DNA from: Adineta vaga
Lineage: Eukaryota > Animalia > Rotifera
DNA length: 64,000 bases
Reading direction: 5' to 3'
NCBI GenBank assembly: GCA_021613535.1
Contig: CP075492.1
Coordinates: 11,780,001-11,844,000, forward strand
In this document: positions 1 through 11,621 of the stretch, piece after piece
Layout: every line of letters starts with the position of its first letter
Position numbering within the stretch: the stretch's first letter is position 1
Notes under the pieces: model-generated
What the model was told of the DNA's origin: nothing
The model's input: only the letters and a program-made list of their open reading frames with translations
Database searches by the model: none
Program-made: the position numbers and the translations under genes

Positions 1-1647
1 AGAAGCAAGAATGAGAAAAAAAGACGACGAAAAAGAAAAGAAAGAAAACGCCATGCATCTTCTTCTTACATCCTTTTGTTGACGACTAATTATACATAAA
101 TCCAATCGTGTTGAAATAATTAGTTTAGTTCTATTTATATTTGCTCAATAATCAAAGAGATTAAACAAGAAGACTATTGAAAATGGATTAGAAATCTACA
201 GCTTGAGAATAGAACTAGGTAAGTCATCTAATCGATAATAACTATCTATTCGACAGGTTTTCGTCGAGGATATATAAAGCGACAGAAGAAAAAGTAGAAA
301 ATAGAAATATTTGTTTTTATGTCTGTTTTTTTTCTCTTTCTCGGTTTTGGATTTGCTTCAATGATTCTTATTAATCTTATTCATACATTTCTGTGCTTCT
401 AAACACAAGGTACATTCTTCTTTTTTTGTCAAAAAAAGCGACAGAGAGAGAGAACAAATGTAATCATATCATTAATTACCATTTAGTGTCAAAACAATCT
501 CTTTTTTGTTTTATACCGATCAATCAATAAATTATGTATACACTTTTTGTATTAGCTTTGATCTTAAGTTGTTATTTTTTACCTTTGTAATCTAAGATGA
601 TAGATAATTAACGTCTGATTACAGTAATAAATGTCGATGGTTGACAAACGGAACAACTTGATATACTTATGACAAAAGAATCAAAGAATGAATAGAGAAT
701 GTTGATGAATAAGTGGAACTTTGAAGTTTCTATTTCGAAAGTAGAAAACAAATTTACTTTCATAGGATTGATTTCATGTCAATACATAAAAATGTGAAAT
801 GATCTCAAGTGACATATGTAATTTCTTTTCGATAGAGAAATTATTTGTCAGATTTATAATATAAAAAGGTTATGTCAACATTGTTCGTTATAAACAGGTA
901 CTAAATATGGCAATAGATTGCAAAAAATTAGTTCAACTATTAGTTTTTATAAAGAAAGTTTTTGTTTTTCGATATGGTAATAATAATCATATTCTGTCCT
1001 TGTTTGTAGATATGGTATATTCTATCCGTATGTCACATTCGTTTTTCTTTTCGCATGATTTATTATTTTTCGTATGTATGTACGTGAGCAAGGTCATATC
1101 TTACCAAAAATACGTACGGTCGTTAGAAAAAAGTAGTATTAGTACAAAATAAAAATATAATCAAAATAATCATCTATTACTTTGTATTTTCGTTTGTTTT
1201 ATCTATTCGTGAACTGTTAGGATATTGTTGGGCCTTCATAGATAGACAAAATTGAATCATTACATCTAGTATCTTAACCTACTGAACTTTAGAAAAACAA
1301 CTCGTGTCTCACGAGAATATCCATCATCACTCAAATGAAATGATATAATATGATCTTTGTCTAGTAATGTTCGTGATTGCTTATGGAATATATTATTGAA
1401 AGGATTTGTAATTTAATTATTTCAAAATAAATTCATATATAATTCATTCGTTGCGAACGTTCAGAAATATGTATTATTGTAAAGCTTATTTATTTTGCAA
1501 AAAAAAACATCAAATAGACACACAGAGAGTTTAAAGAAAGAATCATGTCATAGTTCATAAAATTTACTGTCAATTTTTCTATTTCACAATTATTTTGAGC
1601 AAGTTCTTCTTCTAAGTTGATCCGTTCTTTTTGCGAAACAATCTGAT

Positions 1648-3357
1648 TTAATAGATGCAGTCAGTACCAAGTGGATTAGGTACAGCACCTCGAGTACAAC
1701 TCCATATACACCGTTTATCAGCATTAAAGGTATGATATGGTCCTTTGCATTCTATAGAGAATAAAAGTAAAATTACAGATATTGAGAAATTACTAAATGA
1801 ATAATGCAAAAATAATCTGGTCTTTTTTTTTCGAATCAACTTGTGATATATTAGTTTGACTTTTAAGTTCAACTTAGGAACGTACTTACCACCACAAACT
1901 CTTCGTCCGATTCGATCATGACCAATTTCATAAAGACCTGGTTTACAAACGCATTCAATGCCAAGTGTGTCAGGCGTTGTACCATCGCCACAACTCCACA
2001 CACATCGTTTGTCAGACGTTAAAACATGATATGGCTTTGGACACGCTATGAACACAGAAGAAAATCGAAATGTCATACATGTGTTCTGGAATTTTGAGAC
2101 ATACCTTTACAGATTCTTCGTCCAAATTGATCGGTACTTGTTTCGACGAGACCACTCTGACAAATACATTCGTTGCTATTGTCATCAGGTGTAGTGCCTT
2201 CACTACAACTCCACACACATCGATTGTCATCTGTTAAAACATGATATGGACCTGGGCAAGCTACGAAAACAGAAGAAAACCGAATTGTCATACATGTGTT
2301 CACAACGCAGAAATAGAGAAATGTGTTCTAGAATTTTGAGACATACCTTTACAGATTCTTCGTCCAAAAGTATCTTTGCTTGTTTCGACGAGACCACTCT
2401 GACAAATACATTCGTTACTATTGTCATCAGGTGTAGTGCCTTCACTACAACTCCACACACATCGATTGTCATCTGTTAAAACATGATATGGACCTGGGCA
2501 AGCTATGAAAAGAACAAAATATATTTACTAAAGGTTTATGTCTAAAAACAAGCAGATAATGCTATTTAAACCACGACTTAATATTTGCATCACTTTTTAT
2601 ATGTGTATGTATAATAACACTTACTAGTACAAACTCTTCTTCCAAATTGATCGGTACTTGTTTCGACGAGACCACTCTGACAAATACATTCGTTACTATT
2701 GTCATCAGGTGTAGTGCCTTCACTACAGCTCCAAACACATCGATTGTCATCTGTTAAAACATGATATGGACCTGGGCAAGCTACTAAAACAGAAGAAAAT
2801 CGAAATGTCATACATGTGTTCTGGAATTTTGAGACATACCTTTACAGATTCTTCGTCCAAATTGATCGGTACTTGTTTCGACGAGACCACTCTGACAAAT
2901 ACATTCGTTGCTATTGTCATCAGGTGTAGTGCCTTCACTACAGCTCCACACACATCGATTGTCATCTGTTAAAACATGATATGGACTGGGACATTCTACA
3001 AAGAGAAAAGGAGAAAAATACAATTGTATGACAACTAATTCAATTGAAGTATGTCAAAGTAAATCATGTTCTATACAAGAAATGCCGACATTTGGTTCAT
3101 CAAGAAAATTTCTCTAACAAAGTTTTGATTTAAAATACTCTGTTTGTAAAATGATAAATTCAAATTATCGAATAAAACCTAGAATTACCTATATCACGTC
3201 TCATACGTCGTTTATCTGCTCCTTCGAGTGATCGTCGAAATTGTCTATGTAATTCATCACGAACTGCATCATTTGATATTCTTCTAGCGTCGACAAACTG
3301 CTGCAATATGATAGAACTTGATATTATTAAAATGAACAAGGACCCAAAACCATGCAT
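1648..3357 (-). CDS. Secreted prepro-protein with 5.5 tandem six-cysteine repeats (7 exons; orphan)
   Basis: Exon 1 (3357-3189) encodes a signal peptide MHGFGSLFILIISSSIILQQFVDA plus a basic pro-region ending KRRMRR. Five phase-1 exons of exactly 156 nt follow (2995-2840, 2780-2625, 2502-2347, 2260-2105, 2045-1890), each encoding a unit like CPGPYHVLTDDNRCVWSCSEGTTPDDNSNECICQSGLVETSTDQFGRRIC. The last exon 1751-1648 is truncated. All junctions are GT-AG. Confidence 0.85.
1890..2995. repeat. Tandem exon+intron duplication array (units about 215-280 bp)
   Basis: Four of the 156-nt exons are nearly identical at DNA level. Introns 2046-2104 and 2781-2839 are near-identical, and 2261-2346 is the same intron with an insertion. 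Confidence 0.92.
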
Positions 3358-4144
3358 ATTTACTAAAAACAAAAAGAATTTTAATACAAAGGATCTAAGT
3401 CATGTTTTCGGTTGCATCGACTATGTTCAAAGCAAGTTCGCCTTTTTTCAAGATTAATATCATCCCAGGCAAAATTATTCGTTACTTGTCTTTCGCTAAT
3501 GAAAGTATCTAATTTTTTTATGATTCTAGTGAAGAATTTTATAGAGCAATACTACATATGTTTACCTGATATGACGAAATGCGTAACGATTTGAATAGAA
3601 AACAAAAGATTACAGGGTGTTTTTTGTTTATGTATGGGTGACTGTAGAAAAAACGGGGCTAAAATACTATGGCGAAACCTAATCAACCGTATTTCGGTTT
3701 TATCATGTATCATAAAATGACGTAGATATTGCGTTATAATTAACGTATATCCAGATTCTTTGCTGCGTAAATTCGAATGTATAATAATGACGATGATGAT
3801 TGAAAATATGTTTTCCATTAGTTTTCAAGGTTATCAGTGAATATTTGACGCAGTTGCTATTTCTATTAATATTGTGTAAAAACTTCTACAAAAGTTTCCG
3901 ATTGAAGATGAACTCGAAGAATGAAATAAAAATCAAACTGTTTTCGCATCTTTTAATTCAAAGATAGTTGAACGTGTTTCGAAGTACGATGCTTTTTTCT
4001 ATATTAAAATATGGCAAAACGATACAAATAAGTCATTTAAAATCTAGTGACATCTTTCATTATTATTGTTTATTCGAAAAAAAGAGAGAAATATTGTCTA
4101 GTATGGTAAGACAAAGAATGAAACGAAATCAATGAAATAAAATC

Positions 4145-5880
4145 ATGGGTAAAAATGGTGGATTCCTAACACCAAAAGCAATTAGTAATCGAATAAAAGC
4201 GAAAGGCTTACAGAAATTACGATGGTATTGTCAATCATGTCAGAAACAATGCCGTGATGAGGTAATTTCTTTTTATTGAAATGAAAAGAATATGTTTCTT
4301 CTCTAGTGCATTATACATCTATGATAATTGTTCTAATCACAATTCAAATGGAAATGAGAAGATTTACTTTTAAATTTATTTCCTTAGAATGGATTTAAAT
4401 GTCATGTACAAAGTGAATCACATCATAGACAATTATTACTCGTCGGAGAAAATCCAGGCAGACATATTGCTAATTATTCACAGTAAAAATCCGAATAGAG
4501 ATTTTACCGTCTAATGCAGATGTATTCATTCTTTATTCAGTGAATTTCATAGTGGATTTTTCAGTACGTTACGTCGTTCATTTGGAACTAAACGTGTACT
4601 TGCGAATACAGTATATTGCGAATATATTAAAGACAAAGATCATGTTCATATGAATGCAACTCGATGGGTTGCATTAGCAGGTTATGTTCGTTGGCTTGGA
4701 AGTCAAGGTAATACGATTGATTATTATGAATTATCAATGTCATCGTTTTTTCATAGGTATATGTGAGATTGAACAAACAGAGCGAGGATGGTACATAACA
4801 TTAATCGATAAAGATCCCGATTCTGTTCGACGTGAAATGGAAAGTGAACGAAAAGAAAAAATGGATTTAGATGATGAACAACGTCGACAGAAATTAATTG
4901 CCGATCAAGTAAATTAGAAAAACAAAACTAAAACAATTGTTTTTATTCTTTGTCTATATTTAGATTCGAAGAGATAAAGAAAAAGGTATTGAAATGCCTA
5001 CGCCTGTATACACTGATTTGATTCGAAAAGATGAAGAAGAAAAAAGTAGATTGAATTTATTTTCAGTTGTCTTTTCTTGATAATGATTTGATTTTTATTC
5101 TAGTTCAAGTATCATTTAATTCAGTTGTAGTAGCAGAAAAGAAGAAAATTTTACCGTATGAAAATTTTTTTCTTTCTTTTCGTAGGAGAAAAATGCTTTT
5201 CTTTTAGTCCATCTATACTCGTTAGAAATAGTACAAAACGATCGAATAGTATTGATGAGATCGAAATTATGGATGATTCGGATTTCAAAAACCAATTATC
5301 AAAGAAAATAGCACTTGATGATGCACGAGACGTAAATATATATTCTATTCATAAAAGTACACATTAATCTTCATTGAAGTTTAGATCAAAGAAAAAAATC
5401 GTAAAGATTATTGGTTATATGAAGTGAGAACATTTATTCAATGAAATAAAGAAAGAAAATCGATTGAGACATGTTTTTAACAGGGAATTACTGTGAAAAT
5501 TGTAACATTAAGATTAGATGAGAAATATTATAAAAAGAAAGGTGTTATTATTAAAGTTGAAAATCATTATCAAGCTATTGTAAAAATGATTGAAACAAAT
5601 GATAAAATTCGTATTGATCAAGTTCATGTTGAAACTGTCATTCCAGCAATTGGAAAGAGAGTATTAGTTGTTAATGGTACACACTGTGGTCAAGAAGCAA
5701 TTCTAGAAGCAATTCATCAAGATTCATTCTCTGTTGATATTACATTACTAACGGTACAAGTAAAAGAAAACTATAGAGTTCAAATGTAATTTTGTGTTGT
5801 TGTTTTTTCTATTTTAGGGATCCATGACAGGCACTCGAATTGAAAATGTGATCTATGAAGATGTTTCGAAATTAGCTTGA
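4145..5880 (+). CDS. KIN: DNA/RNA-binding protein KIN17 (multi-exon)
   Basis: MGKNGGFLTPKAISNRIKAKGLQKLRWYCQSCQKQCRDE|NGFKCHVQSESHHRQ zinc finger; HVHMNATRW; C-terminal SH3-like region HVETVIPAIGKRVLVVNG...YEDVSKLA*. Confidence 0.96.
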
Positions 5881-6011
5881 TCATTGTTTTTTTTCTGTAT
5901 GATTAATAAATTTATATATTAAAACATTGTTGAAATCAATTTTTTCTTCGTAACATTATTCTAGAGAATATTTAAACTCTTAATTGTTTATTAAATTTGT
6001 AATCTCCTATC

Positions 6012-6590
6012 ATGGTACATACAGCTAAACAACTTATTCGTCAACAAATTCGTCAAATATTAAAATTAATGACGAATGTAGATCGTGTTCATCAATCAAA
6101 TAACATAACAAATACACTTCTTCATCATCCAAAATATCTTTCAGCTCATGCAATATCAGTCTATGTTCATATGAATACTGAAGTTTCAACTCGTGATATC
6201 ATTCAACATGCTTTCATATCTCATAAACATGTTTTCATTCCACGTTATAGTTCAACATCAATGGATATGGTACGGGTTTATTCCTTAGATGATCTCGATT
6301 CTTTACCAATGACAAAATGGAATATTCGACAACCATCATTAGATGATGTAACTCGAGAAATAGCGAATACAGATGTTGATCTTGTTATTGTACCTGGTTT
6401 AGGATTTTCATTGGATGGTTGTCGTCTTGGTCATGGAAAAGGTTTCTATGATAGATATTTAACTTCTTTAAATCAACATTCGTATACAATTGGTTTAGCA
6501 TATCGTCAACAGTTGGTTGAAAATAATGGTATACCAATGAATTCCACTGATGTTCGTCTCAATGAAATTCTTATATCAAAAGAAGACTGA
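6012..6590 (+). CDS. MTHFS: 5-formyltetrahydrofolate cyclo-ligase (intronless)
   Basis: AKQLIRQQI N-terminus, EVST, KWNIRQP, DLVIVPGLGFSLDGCRLGHGKGFYDRYL signature. Confidence 0.95.
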   Translation: MVHTAKQLIRQQIRQILKLMTNVDRVHQSNNITNTLLHHPKYLSAHAISVYVHMNTEVSTRDIIQHAFISHKHVFIPRYSSTSMDMVRVYSLDDLDSLPMTKWNIRQPSLDDVTREIANTDVDLVIVPGLGFSLDGCRLGHGKGFYDRYLTSLNQHSYTIGLAYRQQLVENNGIPMNSTDVRLNEILISKED

Positions 6591-6626
6591 TCTTTTTCTA
6601 TTTTATTACAAGACGTTAAAATCTTA

Positions 6627-7640
6627 TTATGCACTTAATCGTTTTGTTAATTCTGTAATATCAATTAAAGTATGATCATTAGGAGTTCGATCAGTTTGTG
6701 TTGTTGTTAAATCAACTGCTGATAAGACTTGTTGTCCAATTGATGGAGAACGATGACGAATTATATCAGTTCGATCAGGTTCACGGAGAATACTATTACG
6801 AATAGTTTGAGGAATGGGTATATTTCGTAATAGATGTTGTCCAAGACGATTAGCAAGGCGGTTATTTCGAGCATTGTGCACGAGACTTATAAAAACCATC
6901 ATTAGAAGGATTATAACACTTTGTGAAATAATGAAAATAAAACTTGGTCCGACAGCATGTTTTCCATTCGTATCATGATCATCATTCGATGAAATATTAC
7001 TTATAATTGTATGACAGGTAAAGATTTCTCTTAATGTACTCATTGATGTAAGATTTAACAGAAGATATAAACAAACATTATGTGGTAATTCTTTGTTAGT
7101 CATATAGTTGACAATAAAAGATGATCCATTGACACATATATAACTGAGAGATGGTACAATTTGATCATTATGTGCATCAGTAATAAATAAAGTTTGATTG
7201 ACAATTGATCCATCTTCAACAACATAAGGTATACTAAATATTACTTGAATATTGTTTGATAGGGACGAATGATCAGACGATTCGTCGGATTCATTGGATT
7301 CATCGGAATCATCATGGCTATCATCGCGCTCAGAATACTTGCTTATTGCAACTTTCTGTCGTGATGACATGGCTGTTATAAAACTGAGAGTTTGATTTTG
7401 ATTTTGATACTTAATTGTATGTTTTGATTTTTCAGTATCCATTGCTTGTATCAAACATTTGTGCGATACGTATGTGCCATCTGGAATAAGCATCAGTTGG
7501 CTCATTTCTTCATTATTGTCATCTGATAATTGACGCGACTGAGTTTTTCGGTGAAAAACTGAATGATCTCTACTCGTTTTACCCAAGAGACAATTCAGAT
7601 TTATTACAAAAAAACATATACAAATTAAAAGACGTGACAT
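6627..7640 (-). CDS. Orphan type I single-pass membrane protein (intronless)
   Basis: First ATG at 7640 (the ORF track starts at an upstream TTG). Hydrophobic signal peptide, Asp/Ser-rich tract, several NxS/T sequons, TM FIFIISQSVIILLMMVFISLV, basic cytosolic tail. Confidence 0.7.
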   Translation of the reverse strand: MSRLLICICFFVINLNCLLGKTSRDHSVFHRKTQSRQLSDDNNEEMSQLMLIPDGTYVSHKCLIQAMDTEKSKHTIKYQNQNQTLSFITAMSSRQKVAISKYSERDDSHDDSDESNESDESSDHSSLSNNIQVIFSIPYVVEDGSIVNQTLFITDAHNDQIVPSLSYICVNGSSFIVNYMTNKELPHNVCLYLLLNLTSMSTLREIFTCHTIISNISSNDDHDTNGKHAVGPSFIFIISQSVIILLMMVFISLVHNARNNRLANRLGQHLLRNIPIPQTIRNSILREPDRTDIIRHRSPSIGQQVLSAVDLTTTQTDRTPNDHTLIDITELTKRLSA

Positions 7641-8494
7641 GTACAAGTCCGATAATAGAGAAAATGAAAGTTAACGTCGAACTCTAAATGTATTATTCAA
7701 CGTCTGTATTTTTGTATTTAAATCACAATTTACTCGCATATTTTATGTCATGATATAGTACTTCCAGATCGATCATTGATGTATAATAGACTCCTAATCA
7801 TATAAATGTTATGTTGATACACTTTATCGATTAGTGAAAAACATTGCGCATCTAATATTCAGATCGACTCAGAAGATCTGCATATCAAAAGAGGTCACTA
7901 ATATATGGGTAAGTCAAAGACGATGATATCTTACAATAAAGAAAATAATTGCAACGAATGAAAAGACTATTTTTTCTCTTTCTTTCTCTTTCTCTTTCTA
8001 ATAAACAATAATAATCAATGTGTCTGCCTAGAGAAATCGATTTTCATTTCTATTTGTACATCATCGTCAATAGTCAATACTCGATAACCCACCATAAAGT
8101 ACATATATTTCATTTTACTCTTAGACGAGAAATATTCTAAACTTTAAACATTTTTGTCTTCAATCAGTAAGTACACCAACATTGAGCGAGAGAGAAAAGT
8201 TCAGCATCTCTTTGATTTAATTGAATTAATCAATATTAACATTACTTGTCCACAAAATAAATCTCGACAAAGAAATTTGTGTACCACATGACTTTTACTA
8301 GAAAATACAGTGAACAATCTTTATATAATAACACGTGTACCGAACACGTGTTTACAACAAAGTACAACTGAAAGGAATGAAATGTACTTGTTGGATCCCA
8401 GACGGCAATGCTTATTTAAGACTGATGTAAAAACATATGTGTCTCTCTTTTAGATCGATTCTTTTTATTTTTCTTCGTTGATATTTCATTGAAA

Positions 8495-9497
8495 ATGAAT
8501 CAATTAGAAGGTCGAAAATTGAAAATTTCAGTTGTGACACCTAGTCATAATCGTTTAGAATATTTAAAAGTTGCTGTTATGTCTGTTCAAGTCAATGTTC
8601 TTGCACCACTTGATATTGAATTTGAACATATTATTCATGATTGTGGTTCAACTGATGGAACAAAAGATTATTTCATTAACAATTTACCACCTCAACGTAT
8701 TTTCTATATCAAAGATCAAGGTGATAATAAAGAATCAACTAAAGATCGTCAATGGATTCAAGCAACTGAAGATTTACGAAAAGATGGCAAAGGTGAATTA
8801 GCTGATAATATAACATTTATTCGATCAGAACATAAAGTTCCACCAAGTCAAGCACGAAATATTTGTATTCAAAAGAGTACTGGTCAATTTATTTGCGTCC
8901 TCGTAAGTTCATAATCAATATTTAAAACGAAAATTTTGATTATTAAATATCCTGTAGGATGATGATGATGTTTTCCTTCAACGTACTATTCATAATTTTG
9001 CATATGCAATTTTACAAAATCCAACCAAGAAATTCTACATCTCGGATTTTCTTCGTGTTAATGAACATCTTCAATACATGACCAAAGAAGATTATTATGG
9101 ATGGGTATTTTCATCGCCACAAGAAATGCTTCAAGCTATTTTCGATAGTTGTCATTTTATTCAAGGTATGATTATTAATTGTTATAGAATATGTTTAATT
9201 TTTATATTTAATTTTTCTCTAGGAAATGTTTGTTTCAGTAGAAAACTGTATGAAGAAGTTGGTGGTTATGATGAATCTGTTGGTATGGCTGAAGATTTAG
9301 ATCTTTACGTAAGATTTCTTATTCATGGTCATTTGAATGTTTATTTACCAATGATTTCACATTTACATCGTATGCATACGGCCAATTTTTCAATTGGTTG
9401 TGATCGAGATAAACATTATTCCGATTTAACCGAGATTTATAAACGTAATGAAGATAAATTAAAAGTTATGGGCATTCAATTAAGATTAAGCAAATAA
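8495..9497 (+). CDS. Glycosyltransferase family 2 (GT-A fold), bacterial-type, 3 coding exons
   Basis: Exons 8495-8902, 8958-9165, 9223-9497. Motifs KISVVTPSHNR, HDCGSTDGT, SQARN...STGQFICVL|DDDD, LYEEVGGYDE, AEDLDLYVR. No signal or TM segment. Confidence 0.9.
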
Positions 9498-10475
9498 GAA
9501 ATGAACAAGTAGTAAAATTTAGATTAACAATTATGTAGACTTGAGATTATAATTCAATATTTTTTTGTATTTGCATGATTGAAGTTTCTCTTTCTCAAAC
9601 GTTAAATATCGTTTTATATACAAGCAGGACTGTGAGTGTGTGCGTGCGTTTACATTTGTCTTTCTTTTTTAAACAAGCTTTAGAAATATACGACGATAAA
9701 AATCGAATAAAATGTGATAAAATTTAATAAAAATGTATTTCTTTATTATTAACTTTGTGGAGCTATTGAACGATGGATGTGAATGAAATAAATTTACATA
9801 TATAACTTAATTATGAAAGGATAAATCATCTCGAAAAATTACTTCGCTCAATTGCAATGGATTGAAGTACATACGGATCAAATTATTGCACCCAAAAACA
9901 AAACCTACATTGCATCAACTTTACGCAACCATAAACATGCATGACATTCTGTATATCCTTTGTAGATGCTTCCTTTTAAATTTCAACGTTTCGGCTTATT
10001 TATTTTTCCAACATGCCGATGAGTAAAATATTTTTTGACAAATATTTGTTTGTGCACGTGTCATGTAGGATATAGACCACACGATGACACATCGAAAACT
10101 ATGAGTAAACTCATACACATTTACATGATTTTCGCTTTTTCTTTCGTTTCTTTGATGACTAACACATCTGTACACACAATAGTCGCTTGCGATAAAACTT
10201 GTAAATGATATGTAATGAATTTAAATATAGTTCGTTCGTCTTATACACAACAAAATTCTCAGACAGTTGTAGCGAACAGCATGTCTTTTACATTAAAATC
10301 CTGTTTTATTTGATAATTGGGATGATTTTCAATTTCTTTCATTCAGTAAGTTTCTACTAGATCTTTCAAAAGTGAATGACAAATTTTTTCATGTAAAATT
10401 CTTATTTAAAAAATGAATAAGGTTTCAATACATTTCTTCTATACTGATGTTTCAGTAGAATTCGTTGGAATCTTA

Positions 10476-10766
10476 TTATCCTCCATGTTGCTTGCCATCT
10501 TGATCTGTCTTACTTCCAGAACCGCTGTCGTTTTCAGGAGGAGTCCTCAGATCATTCTTAAAACGAAGTAAAAATAAGTTTTATAGACAAAATGCGTTAT
10601 TTAATTACTTTGTTCTCCGTTGACAATAAAAGTATAGAGACTTCTAAATGAAGATAATAGTTCGTTTTCTACGAAAGTAATTCATACACTTACGAGTATC
10701 AACATGAATATGGTCGAATGAACCATTTTGGGTACGATGTCCCACTTCGTTGTTTACTGAAGACAT
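10476..10766 (-). CDS. 62-aa hydrophilic orphan micro-protein, 3 exons (absent from the ORF track)
   Basis: Exons 10766-10694, 10643-10609, 10556-10476 joined by 50- and 52-nt GT-AG introns give MSSVNNEVGHRTQNGSFDHIHVDTQVSILLLSTENKNDLRTPPENDSGSGSKTDQDGKQHGG*. The other two phases of exon 3 hit a stop within three codons. Confidence 0.55.
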
Positions 10767-11621
10767 AACAAATTGCTCTAAATTAGATAAATAACATGTC
10801 TTAAGCAACGATAAGATTTACGATTGTTCTTCTTCTATAGAATTCTAAGAAAAACTGAGTAATTCATATCTTACGGAATGTAAAAGATTATATTTGTATT
10901 CAAATGATTCCGTTCGTTAACAAAACTCGAAAGACATAAATAGCTAACTGTAAAAGATCCATGTGTCATTACATTTTTTCCAAGCTTAACCGCCTGATGT
11001 TGTCTTTGTCATGAATAATGCTGTTATATTAACGATATTGACTCTATTTAATCATGATAAAATGTTTATCAGACAACTAAAACTTAAAAGATACCATGAA
11101 AATAGAATCATCTTTCGAACTTTTCGTAAATCGTAGAGCGATATTTGTCTCAAAGAGTATGGAAGATGCTTTCAATAGAACCAAATCTCATTGTACTAAG
11201 TTAGATTACAATTCATATCGATTATCTTACTTGTGTTGTATTACAATAATTTCTGACGTTGATCAAAATTTTTTCACTTGCTCTGTTTCAGATTTTTGTG
11301 CCATTATACACACACATACATATATACAGTGTGAAATATACGAAATTTTATATAAAATTACCTCATGGTTTATATTCTCTTGCTTTTGTCTTCTTCTCAT
11401 GCAAAAGATTTTACAATCGATGTTGGAAAAAAACCAAGTTACTTTATTTTTTTTCAAGTATTACTTCAATTATTCATTGAATAGAGTGGCAAACAAAAGA
11501 ATCTAGTTTGATTCCTATTTTTCAACATAGATGCAAATCTTTCAAACATGACCGATGAACACAAAACAAACAACGAAAAATATCATACAAGAAAGAAAAA
11601 TCATTGATCTCATTGTTTGTT

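Noticed and set aside
150-420. Splice-like signals on + (gtaagt near 219, cag near 257)
   Set aside because: No coherent reading frame; this may be a non-coding exon of a transcript I cannot resolve in this window.
907-1152. 81-aa ORF (likewise 3412-3818, 11096-11506, 22739-23251, 25979-26272, 60363-60581)
   Set aside because: F/I/K/Y-biased composition typical of chance ORFs in AT-rich non-coding DNA, with no motifs or splice support.
2012-2972. Repeated MTIDVCG... and MDLGKL... ORFs
   Set aside because: They are alternative-frame and antisense shadows of the Cys-repeat exons.
1890-2995. Repeat-spacer appearance resembling a CRISPR array or satellite
   Set aside because: The units are 156-nt coding exons with GT-AG introns; the spacers are themselves duplicated introns; the context is eukaryotic.
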